This document shows, in pieces, positions 26,101 through 39,518 of a stretch of 64,000 nt of DNA. Each line of letters opens with the position of its first letter. Position 1 is the stretch's first letter. The notes below the pieces were generated by a model. That model saw nothing but the letters and a program-made list of their open reading frames with translations. It was not told where the DNA came from and ran no database searches. This DNA is from Eledone cirrhosa (lineage: Eukaryota): the NCBI GenBank assembly GCA_964016885.1, contig OZ024750.1, positions 18,600,001-18,664,000 of the forward strand, read 5' to 3'. A program made the position numbers and the translations under genes.

Positions 26101-29100
26101 CACACTGTTTCTGTCTACCAAATTTCATTCAAGTTATTTATCAACCCGCGGCTATAGTAAAAAGACCTTTGCCCAAGATGTCATACAGTGATGACAGACC
26201 CAGAACAATGAGGTTTCAGAGTGTAATTGTTAACCAAGTAGGGAAAACAGATATTAAATGATGATAATGATAACCATGCTTGTTTCTGTTCTTTTTCTCT
26301 CATTTATACATTTAAATACCCCATCCCCATATATGTATATATTGTTGCCATGACAAAAGCACCCAGTCCACCCTGTAAGGTGGTTGTGCTGCTGCCATGA
26401 CAAAAAAGCACCCAGTCCACCCTGTAAGGTGGTTGTGCTGTTGCCATGACAAAAAAAGCACTCAGTCCACCCTGTAAGGTGGTTGTGCTGTTGCCATGAC
26501 AAAAAAGCACTCAGTCCACCCTGTAAGGTGGTTGTGCTGCTGCCATGACAAAAAAGCACTCAGTCCACCCTGTAAGGTGGTTGAACTGGTGACATGACAA
26601 AAAGTACCCATTACACCTTGTAAGGTGGTTGTACTGGTGACATGACAAAAAACAATCAGCCCACTTTGCAGGTGGTAATGCTGGAATCACGAAAAAAAGT
26701 TCCCAGTATATGCTGTGAAGTGGTTGGCATTAGGAAGGGTATCTAGCTGTAGAATAAAGCCATAGAGCGTTGGACAATATGCTTTGCAGCATAGAGTTAC
26801 AGTCCTTTATGCTCTGAGTTCAAATCCCACCAAGGTTAGTTTTGTCTTTCATCCTTACGGGGTCGATAAAATTAATGTACCAGTAACGCACTGGGGTTGA
26901 TTTAATCGACCCCCCCCCCCCCCCAAAAAAAAATTTGTTGCTCGTGTGCCTAAATCAGAAACCATTATTTATGTGTGTCCACTTTCTAAATATCCTTGTC
27001 TCTCTATCCCAGGGTACATCTGGAAAAGAACAGGTACTATTTATGCGTCTCCACCTTCTACAAGGAGTTGTAGCTTTCCACACCAACAGACTGGATATGG
27101 CAAAATCTCTCCTGAAAATGGTAAATATTGAAACTGTTATTTCTACAATCAAGGCAGCAAATTGGCAGAGTTGTTAGAATGTTAACCCTTTAGCATTTAA
27201 ACTGGCAGTATCTGGCCAGAATTCTCTCACCTCTTTCTGTTTAAACCGGCTCCAGCCACTCGTACTTATGTTAAGGTATTGTTCTCAAAATAAATAACAT
27301 CAAAATCTCATAGATTTGATATTATGTGAGATAATTATGAGGTAAAACCTTTACCACAAAAATACAGTATATAGAATAATGTAAATGTTAAAGGGTTAAA
27401 GAGAATACTTTATGATATTTGTTCTGGCTTTCTGTGCTCTGAGCTCAAATGTTGTCGAGGTTAACTTTGCCTTTGATAAAAAAAACAAGACCACTCCGGG
27501 ACTGGGGTAGATTCTTACTCTGTATCTTTTTCTTACTTCCCTTCTCTCTTTCTTTGGGAGAAATCAGTTGGAGAAGGGATGAGCTCCACCATTTTTAAAA
27601 AATGATCCCCTTTCATGATAGGGCCCTTACAACTCCATCAGTAGTTACAGATCCACACATACATTTCTACTATAAACATTGTTTTATTTTGGGGGGGTTT
27701 TTGTTTTTTTGTTACTGTTTTTGTTTGTTTCTCCTATCACATACATTGCTTTTTTTCTTAAATGTTTTTTTTTTTTTTTTTTCAAAATAAGGTTACATCT
27801 TATATTCTGAAAAATATATGCTGTAGTTGTTATTGATATATTCTCTATTGAAGGCCTCTTCTGAACTGGATCAAGTAACTGTCAAAGATGAAGCATTACA
27901 ACAAGGTAAACACATCTATAACCTTTTATTATTTGTGGATTGGCAGTATCGGTAGCGAGTCGGACGCCATGCTTTGCAGCATAGAGTTACGGCCCTTTAT
28001 GATCTGAGTTGAAATCCCGCCGAGGTTAACTTTGCCTTTCATCCTTACGGGGTTGATAAAATAAAGTACCAGTAATGCACTGGGATAATTGCTGGCCTTG
28101 TGCCAAAAGTAGAAACAATTATTTAGTCAAGGAGAGAAGGTAGTTATTCCATGATAGTTCATCCTGTGTTTGATCCAGTTGACTGCTTTCACTCACTCTC
28201 CTTCTCTCTCTCTCTCTCTCTCTCTCAAACAACTGATATATTTCTGATAAAGAGAGTCTTACTTTACACCTATATTTTCAGTGATGTCCATGGGTTATAA
28301 AGATAAAGAAGCACGTTTAGCATTGAGGGCCTCTGGTGGAAATATCCAGGCTGCAGTTAACCACATTGAACAACGAAAAGAAGTAAATTATTCTCGTTTT
28401 ATATTTTATATTAACTTTTATCAATGTTCTGTACCACATGAATTCACATAAGAAAGGCATCCTTGAAAAGTATAAAACAGCACTATGACTGCATTACATT
28501 GAAAATTAAAATTTTTATTCTAATACTGCAAATTTCTACAATGATATATCCACTTGTAAAGTTACTATAAACAATTGAATTAACAAACTACATGAAACCA
28601 CATTACTAAGACATCCTTGAAAAGTACAAAACCATACTATGACTGCATCACATTAAAAATTGTCATTATTCTAATGATGCAAATTTTCACAATGATCTGT
28701 CCTCTAATAAAGATGCTATAAACATTTGAATTAAGAAACTTATTTTCAAATATTTCCTGCTAAATCATTTCAAGATGTTAAGAATTAATGATATATTTTA
28801 CGAGGTGCAGGCATGGCTATGTGCTTAAGTAGTTTCGGTTTCTTAGTTAAGAGTTTCTGAAAGTTTGTAACTGTTTATCATTTCTGTTTTAGGAAAAGAG
28901 GACGATTAAGAAAGAAATGGAATCAGAACGGAAGAAAAAAAGGATCCATTATCAACTTGGAACTACAGAGAATGGTGATGAGTAAGTTGTTATTGATGTT
29001 GGTGTTGATGATGTTGATGGTAGTGGTAGCAGTGGTGGTGGTGGTGGTGGTGGTGGTTGGCATGCAGACATTATCAAAAGTGTTCCAGCCATGACCATCA

Positions 29101-32100
29101 CATATTTAGTGTGTAATACTACCTTGCTTGCCTTGGAGCCCTCCACTACTATCATCATCATCATCATCATCAACACCACCACCATTACCATAACAACACC
29201 CATCATCACCACCAATACCATCAACACAATAACATCACCACCACCACCACCACCATTGCAAGAACACATGCCATCACTTCCAGCACCGTTAATCCCATCA
29301 TCACCACTACAACTACCACCTTCACTATCAAAACAACATCCACTAGCACCATTATCACCATCAACACCACCACCACCACCATCATATTTATTTGTTATAT
29401 TGTGTATTTGCAGACTCTCCATTGAAAACTACCGCCTGTTAGTTGAGATGGGATACCCTACATCTGTTGCACGCAATACCCTGAAACTGGCTAACAATGA
29501 CTTGAATGCAGCTTTGGAGGTAAGGATCAAAGTGGGGGCAGTAGAAGTAATGGGAAGTGACTGGCTCACAAGATAGGTCAACAAAATAGGCTGGGTCATA
29601 AGAGGGTCATAAGATAAGTCAACAGAACTACATCAGAGCTGATTGAGTCACAAGATAGGTCAGCAAAATAGGCTGGGTCATAAGATAAGTCAACAGAACT
29701 ACATCAGAGCTGATTGAGTCACAAGATAGGTCAGCAAAATAGGCTGGGTCATAAGATAAATCAACAGAACTACATCAGAGCTGATTGAGTCACAAGATAG
29801 GTCAGCAAAATAGGCTGGGTCATAAGATAAGTCAACAGAACTACATCAGAGCTGATTGAGTCACAAGATAGGTCAGCAAAATAGGCTGGGTCATAAGATA
29901 AGTCAACAGAACTACATCAGAGCTGATTGAGTCACAAGATAGGTCAACAAAATAGGCTGGGTCATAAGATAAGTCAACAGAACTACATCAGAGCTGATTG
30001 AGTCACAAGATAGGTCAGCAAAATAGGCTGGGTCATAAGATAAATCAACAGAACTGACTAGGTCAACAGAACTGACTGGGTCAACTGATGTGACTGGGTC
30101 AATGGTGCTGATTGGGTCAACAGATGTGACTGGATCAACAGATGTGGATGGGTCAACAGATGTGACTGGATCAACAAATGTAACTTGGTTAATAGATATG
30201 ACTGGATCAACAAATGTAACTGGGTATCAGATGTGAATGGCTTGACAGATGCAACAAGGTCAACAGATGTAATAACAATTACAATTTGTTTCCAGAACCA
30301 GCTGGGTCAACAAAACACTTTGTGTAAACAGGACTGGGTTAACTTTAATTACAACAGTTTCTGGAAGATATGTTTTATTTTTACTGACTATAGTCATTGA
30401 ACTGTGGCCATACTGGGGCACTTCCATTAAATGATCTCAACATCCATTCCATTAGCTGGGAATCACTTGCACTGCATAACATCCTCTCCTGGTAAAGCTA
30501 AAATCTTTGGGGAAAAGAGTGCAGCAAGAACCAGATGCATCACAGAGGTTCAGAAGAAAAGTACTGCTTGCAGGGCATGAGGCATGATTACTTATCCACA
30601 TGTGCCTCATGTAGACATGATTTTCTACTTATCCACATGTGCCTCACATGTATACATGATTTTCGGGGCCCAGATTGGCCTCACCAGCCATCTCCAGACC
30701 CACTGCCAAAAATACTTCACCCAATATTGAAGTTGTGGTTACCTGCGACTCCAAAGTATGAAAAACAACATATCAACCACCTTTACTGTTGGTAATCTAC
30801 ACGATAAATGCACCCAGTACACTCTGTAAAGTGGTTGGTGATGTGAAGGGCATCTAGTCATAGGAAACCTGCCATGTATTTATGTATATATGTATTTCCA
30901 GATTCTCCAAGGCAATGTAGAAACATTCCAGTCAACAGATGATATAGTTGTTGATCCACAACTTCTTGAACAGGTCAGTTTATTTATTTTCTATTTAGTA
31001 TCAATTGTTTTATCTTTTGATTATATTTTACACATCACATATACACATTGAGTTTGTGAAGACATGGGAGAATGAACATTAAATAATGATAACATACATG
31101 TAGGTAACATGAGTGTGTGTATGTGCCTGCATATTCTACATTAGGCCCAAGGAAGTGATTCAGGGAAAGGGGAAATTTGATTAAATCTTCTCCAGTATTC
31201 CATTGACTCCCTGAAAGGATGAAAGGCAAAGTTGACCTTGGTGAGATTTGAACACAGGATTTAAAGAGCCATAAGAAATGATACTCTAGCAATTCTGTCA
31301 TATATATGCACAATACTACTACTACTACTACTACTAATAATAATAATAATAATAATAATAATTTCTACTATGGACACAAGCCCAGCAATTTGAAGGGGAG
31401 GGGTAAGTCGATTAAACCGACCCAGTGCATTACTGGTGATTTATTTATCGATCCTGTAAGGATGAAAGGCAAAGCTAACCTCGGCAGGATTTGATCTCAG
31501 ACCGTAAAGGGCCGTAACTCTATACTGCAAAGCATGGTGTAAGACACTCTACCGATACTGTAATAATAATAATAATAATGTTTCTACTTTTGGCACAAGG
31601 CCAGCAATTACCCAGTACATTACTGGTACTTTATTTTATCGACCCCGTAAGGATGAAAGGCAAAGTTAACCTCGAATAATAAATATTTAATTATAATAAA
31701 TGTTTTAAAATATGTAATAAAATTTCTTTCCTGTTTCTACCAGATTGTTGGACTGGGATATATTTCAGAATTCTCTAAAGAAGCTTTAAAATCATCCAAA
31801 AACGATTTCGAAAAAGCTTTGGGTCTTCTCAATAAATATGATGGCATTTTACCACCTAACCCAGTTTCACCCCTCCAGTCCCCCATTCAAGGTAATTGTT
31901 TATTATTTTTACCCACTTAATTCCCACCTCCAACTGTTTAGTCATCCCCCCACACCAAGGTAAATATTTGTAATTTCACTCGGCCAACACCTGCCTTCAA
32001 TACAAAAATAAATGTTTATTTTCATGCAGCCACCTTCCACACTAAGTTAAATGTTTGTTATTCCCACCCAACATTAGCCTTCATGTGTGTGTGATCATTA

Positions 32101-32634
32101 CCAAAATAATTTTTGACCATCCAAACTATCTCCAGCTATCTTGGGGCTACACTACACCATTTCATCAAAATCTCATAGATTCGATATTACACGAGATAAT
32201 TATGTGAGGTAAAGCCTTTACTGTGAAAATATAATAGTATATATAAAAGTATATATAGAGTAATGTAAATGTTAAAGGATTAAACACTGAAAGTAAACAA
32301 AATCCCAGGAGCATACCCTTTCAAAAATTGATGATTGAGATTAATGTATATGAGTGAATTCTAAGAATAATTGTTTCTACGTTAGGCACAAGGCCAGCAA
32401 TTACCCAGTGTATTACTGGAATTCTAATAATAATACTAAGGTAACAGGAATTTTATGTTTTTAATTTATTTCATTTTGACAGAAAATTCTAAAGAACAGG
32501 AAATGAAGGAGAAGGAAATTTTGGATAACTTCAGAAAAATTCTACCCAAGGATAGCGAAGACTATCTCGATTCCTTACTTATTGAAGAATCACAGATCCT
32601 TTCAGACTACCTGGGTTTACTTGAACATAACTAG
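19130..32634 (+). CDS. NUB1: NEDD8 ultimate buster 1 (N-terminal UBL + three UBA domains), ~617 aa
   Basis: 16 frame-consistent GT-AG exons: 19130-19321, 19794-19964, 20201-20362, 21364-21490, 21850-21929, 22552-22658, 24131-24240, 25334-25410, 27013-27120, 27854-27905, 28282-28382, 28893-28981, 29414-29519, 30902-30973, 31744-31891, 32483-32634 (TAG). Motifs shared with vertebrate NUB1 include QLWKSPYT, LRSKIAE, TPFLEIADQNGR, VDNFALVNLDIVWCY, GKEQVLFMRLHLLQG, UBA MGY motifs and EDYLDS. Confidence 0.95.
20424..20571. mobile_element. hAT-type MITE
   Basis: TIRs CAGTGCTGGATTT / AAATTCAGCACTG with 8-bp TSD gtgttgta/gtgttata; related copy at ~44762-44962. Confidence 0.8.
21545..21740 (+). mobile_element. 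Short decayed RTE LINE fragment
   Basis: Nucleotide similarity to 12050-12250 (RLERNE..ML..MCNV region). Confidence 0.6.
22201..22509. mobile_element. hAT (Charlie-like) MITE
   Basis: TIRs CAGCGTTTTTCAAC / GTTGAGAAACACTG flanked by ctctagca/ctctagtg. Confidence 0.75.
23100..23332 (-). mobile_element. Internally deleted copy of the young SINE family
   Basis: Matches both ends of the family but lacks the central GTGAGTGCTGG...GGAATGAT block. Confidence 0.75.
23688..23975 (-). mobile_element. Truncated copy of the same CR1/L2-group LINE 3' end
   Basis: [20 protein letters not shown] plus the same 3'UTR; further UTR-only pieces at ~33930-34150 (+) and ~32795-32836 (-). Confidence 0.85.
24283..24618 (-). 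mobile_element. Same young SINE family, reverse orientation (NUB1 intron)
   Basis: Near-identical to the 3245-3560 copy. Confidence 0.85.
26340..26720. repeat. Minisatellite, ~8 x 47-50 bp
   Basis: Unit CCATGAC(A)nGCACYCAGTCCACCCTGTAAGGTGGTTGTGCTGYTG. Confidence 0.9.
27186..27395. mobile_element. piggyBac-type MITE (TTAA TSD)
   Basis: TTAA|CCCTTTAGCATTTA...TAAATGTTAAAGGG|TTAA. Related copies at ~1-150, 7545-7760, 32160-32283, 41690-41890, 46300-46530, 47409-47830 (two in tandem), 50090-50290. Confidence 0.8.
28985..29385. repeat. (GGT)n/(CAC,CAT)n low-complexity trinucleotide tract in NUB1 intron
   Basis: GGT-rich half followed by ACC/ATC-rich half; source of spurious poly-G/P/T ORFs. Confidence 0.85.
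29567..30270. repeat. Minisatellite: ~6.7 x 71-bp units followed by a degenerate ~20-bp array
   Basis: Unit starts at 29649, 29720, 29791, 29862, 29933, 30004 (CACAAGATAGGTCAGCAAAATAGGCTGGG...). Confidence 0.95.
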
Positions 32635-32675
32635 CACATTATTACATCAGATGGAAATACTCTGTACACACATAC

Positions 32676-32796
<121 letters not shown>

Positions 32797-33153
32797 ATAA
32801 TGAAATTATTGTGTAAAGTGCTCAGGTGCACTACAATATATATATATATGTATATATAATGTGTGTGTGTGCATGTATATATATATTGAATTAATAGACT
32901 TTGCCATATTTTTGACTACGGATAATAGTCTAATAACAAGATGTATAAGCCTCCAGAATAGAAAAAATGGCAGCTAGCATACTTATTGCAAAATAAGCGG
33001 GATGGGTTCATTTCCCATGCATGGTAATGCCCATTTATTTCCATGTTTTGGGCTTATACACCCTGTTATTAGAATATTTTCTGTAGTAAAAAATGCAGTG
33101 AATGCTAATTCGATTTTCAAATACCACCACTGTCTTTTAAACGCATAATCATT

Positions 33154-33208
<55 letters not shown>

Positions 33209-35044
33209 CATATAGGCACTAGGGTTAAAATGAAATTATTTTGCTATTGGAATGGTTTAAACATGACCATAGGGTCTATCTGTCCTATGATAATATATAC
33301 ACTCTATTTCCTCAAAGTATGGAATACTAAGTTGAATAAGGATCTTATTTGTCTCAGTTAGTAATGTCATATATACACACAAATATATATATATATATTT
33401 CAAATAGTCATGTCATACACACACACACACATATATATATAACCTTTTATCTCAAATAGTAATGTCATATATAGACACACACATATATATATATAGGCTT
33501 TTATCTCAATTAGTAATTTAGTAATATCATATTTACACACACATAAACACACATATATATATCAACTTTTATCTCATCTCTAAGAGAGAGGAATAAAGAA
33601 AGAAATAACTAAGAAGTGAAATAATTGGTCCCGTGTATTTCTACAATTCCATCAAGTTGCTAAAAAAAATCTATCTTCAAAACTTGAGCCAGTTCCCATG
33701 GCATTGACTGAATGTGTTTTTTTCTTTAAAATGTTTTTAAATTAAAAAATAATTAAAACTGAATTTGTTTTTTTTAAATCAAAATAAAAATTTGTAATGA
33801 ATTAATGAACAGGTGTTGTGATATTAGTTATTATGTAAAGTGATTGGTAAGAATTGTGTCTAGCTGTAGAAAAGATGCCAAACATAGGGTTTAGAGGAGT
33901 CTTCAGTTGTGTTAAGGACATGAGAACCGCGAAAGTGCTGCAAGGGACACTGCATCCTTTAAAACCTCCGTGCTTCCCGAGATTCGCCAACACTACACCT
34001 AATGTTCCCCCTCAATACACATACACACATGTATATCATGACTCATACACTATTCACTTCCCTGACATTTGTATATTATTCTATGTACTATACATGCACC
34101 TTTGACGAGTTGTAGTGCACCTGAGCACTTTACACAATAATTTCATTATTTTTATTATTATTATTATTATAATGCACCCAGTACACTCTGTAAAGTTCTG
34201 GGACATATGTGAGGTATTGCACCCCACCGGCCTGTCGGAGGTGAGTAGCTACAATCAAGTATTGATTTGGTCTGTGATGATTTATGCAATACACGCAGGT
34301 ATAGAAGAATGGATGTTAAATAATCGCTATTGTTATTATTTGGATTGGCCGAATCGGTGGAGGGTCAGACGCCATGCTTTGCAGCATAGAGTTATGACTC
34401 TTTACGTTTTGAGTTCAAATCCCCCGAGTTTAATTTTGCCTTTCAACCTTACGGGATCGATAAAATAAAGCACCAGTAATGCACTAGGGTAATTGCTGGC
34501 CTTGTGCCTAAAGTAGAAACTTATTATTTATCCACTTGTACCCCTGTAGGTGTTGTGGAAAAAAAGAGTTATCTTGGTGGTGGATATCATGTGATTCCAG
34601 TGTTTACTTGTCCCCTTCAATCCATTTCCTAGGCCAGCCTCTGGGTAGCCAGACATCTTTGCATTATATGCAAAGAATGTGGAGGAATTTAGTAAAACAG
34701 CTAATTTTCTCATTTGGAACATATCTTAACAAAGGCCGTTACATAAAATTATAATGGAAAGTTTTAAACAGTTTTGTTTTGTAGAACCAGGGGTTGTTTC
34801 TGGTGGTTTGATATTGAAAGGGTTAATGTCAATTTTTCCATTCTGGCATGGAACCTGAAATTACTTGGCTGTATATGTGTCTGTGTATACATATTGAAAG
34901 GAAGTCATGTGGTTTAGTGGTTAGGGTGTTCTGCTCTTGATCGTAAGGTTTTGATTTTGACTTCCAGTAGGGTGTTGTCTTTCAAGAAGACACTTTATTT
35001 TACATCGCTTCAGTCCCCCTCAGCTAGCAAAAATGTGTTGCACC

Positions 35045-35300
35045 TGTAATTCAAAGGGTCAGTCTTTTACACACTGTGTTGTGACGAATCTCCCTGAGAA
35101 CTATGTTAAAGTTGCATATGTGTCTACAGGATGTAATTCAAAGGGCCTGCCTTATTACACACTGTGTCATAATGAATCTTCCTGAGAACTATATTAAAGT
35201 TACACATGTCTATAGGATGTAATTCAAAGGGTCAGTCTTGTTACACACTGTCATGATGAATCTTCCTGAGAACAATGTTAAAGTTACACGTGTCTATTGG
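35045..35300. repeat. Three tandem ~86-bp repeats inside a tRNA-derived SINE
   Basis: TGTAATTCAAAGGG...GAATCTYCCTGAGAAC repeated at ~35045, 35132, 35218. Confidence 0.8.
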
Positions 35301-35802
35301 ATGCTCAGCCACTTACGCATTAATTTCATGAGCAAGCTGCTCTGTTTATTGAACAAATGGAACCCTTGGAACTGACAGAAATTACGCAACAACAACAGTA
35401 TTGAAAGGAAGAAAAAGAGAGAGTGTGTGTATGTTGTTGGAACTAATAAAATACAGTGCTGAAGCAATGAAAATAATATACCATTATTGTTCAAACATTA
35501 GCTTTACTTTATTACTTGATGTGTTTGTTAATAAATCACACAGGTAAAATTTAATTAGACTTCACCTGGTTATAAACTTTCGCTAAAGTTTACATCATTT
35601 CTTCAGGTTTGCAATAATACTCTCAAAGTAAAGCAATGTGTGTGTGTGTTTGTAAGTGCATGAGTGTGTTTGTGCTTGTGAGTGTACTAGTATATATGTA
35701 TGTGTGGATGTGTATGAATATATTATATTATGTGTCTATGTATAAGTACATATATATGTGTATTTATGAATGTATGTGTGGATGTGTATTATGTTATGAG
35801 TG

Positions 35803-36133
35803 TCATCATCATCATTTCATTTTACGTCTGCTTTTTCCCTGCTTGCAAGGGTGGGACGGAAACTGATTCTGGCTTGATTTCTACAGCTGGAATCCCTTCC
35901 AAACACCAACCTCATTTACAGTGAGTGCTGGGTGCTTTTTTGCCGTGGCACCTGCACGACCACTTTGCAGTGGAATGATATGGACCCCAGTCCCTATCAT
36001 CTCATTTCTACAGCTGAGTAAACTGGAGCAATGGGAAATAAAGTGTCTTGCTCAAGGAAACAACACATCACCCGGTCTGAGAATTGAACTCACAACCTTT
36101 CTATTGCAAGGCCAATGCTCTAACCACTAAGCC
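35803..36133 (-). mobile_element. Same young SINE family, reverse orientation
   Basis: Near-identical to the 24283-24618 copy. Confidence 0.85.
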
Positions 36134-37197
36134 AGTCTGTGTTTATGCCTATTTGTAAACCTTTTCAATATTTTTATTATAGTTTTTGTCTTGGTTCATC
36201 ATTTTCTCTATATTTTAAATATATGATATGCAACTACAGAGGAAATGTTGTGGATTAGTAAGATTGGTGAAACATCAGCTTAAATTCTGCTGTGGTATTT
36301 GTTTTGGCTTTTTACTTTCTGACATCAAATCCCACCAAGATCAACTTCGCCTTTTATCTTTCCAGGGTCGATAAAATAAAATACTAGTCAAGTTCTGGGG
36401 TTGATTTAATCAGCTTTGCCCTTCCTCTAAAATTTGTTGATCTTGTGCTTAAAATAGAAATCAATATCTATTTATCCTTTCACAAAATAAAAGCTGCTCT
36501 TGACAGGACTTGAGCCAAGAATGCAATGACCCGGTATATATATTTCACTAGGGCTTTCGTAACCATATTTCTAATTAAATACACTATTTCAATTTATTAA
36601 TTAATGAAGAAATTTTAGGGACTTAATAAAATTATCAATTATTTCATTACTAAGATAATAATTTAACATATGGTTCTTATATAAAATTATATAGGAAGAT
36701 TTTAATTTAAATAAATGTAAGTATGCACACATACACACACACATATATATATATATACACATATTTGAATATACTTACATTTATGCATCAGCTGTGCTAG
36801 GGTAAGAAATAAAATTCTGATTAATTTAAATATGTATCTTTTAAAGTGGGTGGTTTTGTTTCATAGAACCAGAGCTGATTTTGACTGGGTTGATATCAAA
36901 AGACGGTTGATACCAAAAATGGGATTGGGGCTCTCTGAATTATGAAGCCCTGGGCTGCAGCCAACTTAACCCATATGTAAATCCGGCACAGGATACTATG
37001 TTTGTCTCAATATATTTGTTTGTTCATCTCTCTCTATCTCGATGTTTCAATAACCACTGTGTTGTATATGGACATAGCTTAAAAATAAAGACAAGGAGCA
37101 ATATAGTTTTTCAGGTGATTTAGTACTATGATAATTAACACTATCACCACCACCACTACCAATATATATATATATATAGACACATACACACACACAC

Positions 37198-37244
<47 letters not shown>

Positions 37245-37249
37245 CACAC

Positions 37250-37297
<48 letters not shown>

Positions 37298-37484
37298 TTG
37301 GCTAGTGCTTAGTACTACCGTCCATATTTATAATTATATATAAACCATATATATGATGAAATATATATATATATATATATATACACCCACATAAATGAAT
37401 TTTTATTATTATTATACATAACCCCTTCAACCCCATCTTAAGTCCTCTAATTGAAACTGGTTTCTAGTTTATAACTACTCTTCC

Positions 37485-37516
<32 letters not shown>

Positions 37517-38089
37517 GGAAAGAGAGAGAGAGATACATATGACAAAACTATGGACAGTGGACTTATAACGATAGTGATGGTGATTACGACACCACCACCA
37601 GCGCCACCACCATCATCCTCAGCAGTTTTATGTTCATTTTTCATGCTGGTATGGGTTGGACACATATATAAATAAGCATGTAAATCATGTTTTTCTCATT
37701 TCCTTGAAAAAACATATCACATGGTGTTTGTCGCCTCTTATAAGCAAGAAGAATGACTTCCAACAAAGTTCTCTGTTTCCTCTCAATAATATTCCTCATA
37801 TCTATGCAACAAAAAAAATGCTTGGCTAACTTTAAGGCATTAGGTAAGTCTAATGTACTCTTTACTTTTATTTCCACCAAATTTTGTACTGGTACCACGA
37901 TAAAACACACCCAGTTCACTCTGTTAAGTAGTTGGTGTTAGGAATGGCATTCAGCCATAGAAGCCTTTCCGATATTGGTTGAGGGAAATATTCAGTTCTG
38001 TCAGGGGTATAACAACCTTTCTAGTGTTGGTATCATAGTAAAATGCTCTCAGTACACTCTGTAAAATGCATTTGGGACATTGAGCAAGG

Positions 38090-38770
38090 CCATTTCCAAA
38101 AGAAGGTATGCAGGCCCTGTTTTCCTTTCCACATACTATGACTTTAATCTTATACAAGTTAACTTTAGGACCTTTTGATTCTAGGCCATGCTTCCAGGTT
38201 TGGAATTTCTCCTCTAAATCTGCAATAGATTCAGCTTTGAGAGTTAGATCATCTGCACACAAAAGTTCCCATGGGCAGCCAGTCTTAAACTCTTCTGTTA
38301 TAGCCTGTAGGACAATAATAAACAGGAGAAGGCTCAGAACAGAGCCCTGATGCACACCTACTTGTGTGCTAAATTCTTCACTATAGTCATTGTTGACTGT
38401 TCTGCTATACATGGCTTGTATAGCTTTCACAAGCCACTCGTCTACTCCTAGTTTTCTAAGATCTCACTAGATAATGGAATGAGGGACTCTGTCAAAGGCT
38501 TTCTCCAAGTCAACAAAAGCTAAGTAGAGTGGTTTACTTTTAGCTAGGTGCTTTTTTTGCAGCTGCCTTACAAGGAAGAGAGTATCTGTGGTACTTTTAC
38601 CTGGCACAAATCCAAACTGCATTTCGTCAAGTTTAATTTGATCCCTAATTAGCTGCGCAATAACTCTTTCTGTGATGTTCATGACCTGGTCAACCAACTT
38701 AATGCCTTTATAGTTTTCTCTGTCTAGAGCATCTCCTTTGCCATTGTAACAGTTGACGATGATGCTATGA
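38090..38770 (-). mobile_element. Decayed RTE-type reverse transcriptase fragment
   Basis: NYKGIKL...QFGFVPGKST...AFVDLEKAFDRVP...GVHQGSVLS..LF...CADDL RT motifs, with stop/frameshift. Confidence 0.9.
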
Positions 38771-39326
38771 TGCCAATATAAACAGATAGACATGCCTGTT
38801 AACATTTTGCATATATATACATATATACATATATACATATATATGTATATATATATATGCAAAAAGCAAACAGAAATAACAAAGCAAACGACACAGTACA
38901 ATGAAAAAATATATTAGTTTTACACTTGATATAGTAGGAAAAGAGTCTTAACATTTAGTCTTAACATGCTAGTCCTTCATCAGAAAATAGAATGAGAAAT
39001 TAAAGAAGAAATAGAAAGTTAGAGAAGAGTGAGCTGAAGAAAACAATCATATATCTAACATTAACTTTAATTTCTTATTGCTATAGGCTGTCCTTCAGGT
39101 AAGGCTGAGGGTGATGTCTGGCAAGACGTAACATGTGGTCACTGTAAATGTATGATGGACAGTAAACGTGGTCTCTATCATTATTGTAAAGAGTAAGAAT
39201 ACTTTATCACTTATATATCTTCTCACTTTGTTTAGTTTGGTTACTTGGTCTGCTTGTTGTAACATCCATCTGTCTGTCTATCTATATTGTTGACATTGAC
39301 CATCATGGTATCTCTCATTATTGCAT

Positions 39327-39518
39327 GGCGGTAGATTGGCAGTATCGGTAGAGGGTTGGACGCCATGCTTTGACGCATAGAGTTACGGCCCTTGCCATTC
39401 TGAGTTCAAATCCAGCCGAGGTTAACTTTGCCTTTCATCCTTACGGGGTTGATAAAATAAAGTACCAGTAATGTACTGGGTAATTGCTGGCCTTGTGCCA
39501 ATAGTAGAAACAATTATT
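39327..39518 (+). mobile_element. Second tRNA-derived SINE family (CORE-like), representative copy
   Basis: TGGCAGTATCGGTAG (A box)...GAGTTCAAATCC (B box)...TTGCCTTTCATCC...GATAAAATAAAGTACCAGT...GCTGGCCTTGTGCC..AGAAAC. Other copies: plus ~24697-24930, 25490-26035 (tandem), 26765-26970, 27938-28122, 34340-34525, 36250-36465, 57680-57865, 60043-60245; minus ~1680-1925, 12550-12720, 13025-13200, 13590-13780, 31350-31675, 45230-45595. Confidence 0.8.

Noticed and set aside
28952-29413. Poly-Gly/Pro/Thr ORFs
   Set aside because: Trinucleotide low-complexity tract in a NUB1 intron; only 29414-29519 is a real exon.
29567-30055. Regular repeats resembling a CRISPR array
   Set aside because: Units are contiguous and identical with no unique spacers; eukaryotic intron, no cas genes.
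35570-35612. Minus-strand CUGAAGA...GAAA hammerhead-like spacing
   Set aside because: Stems I and II cannot form.
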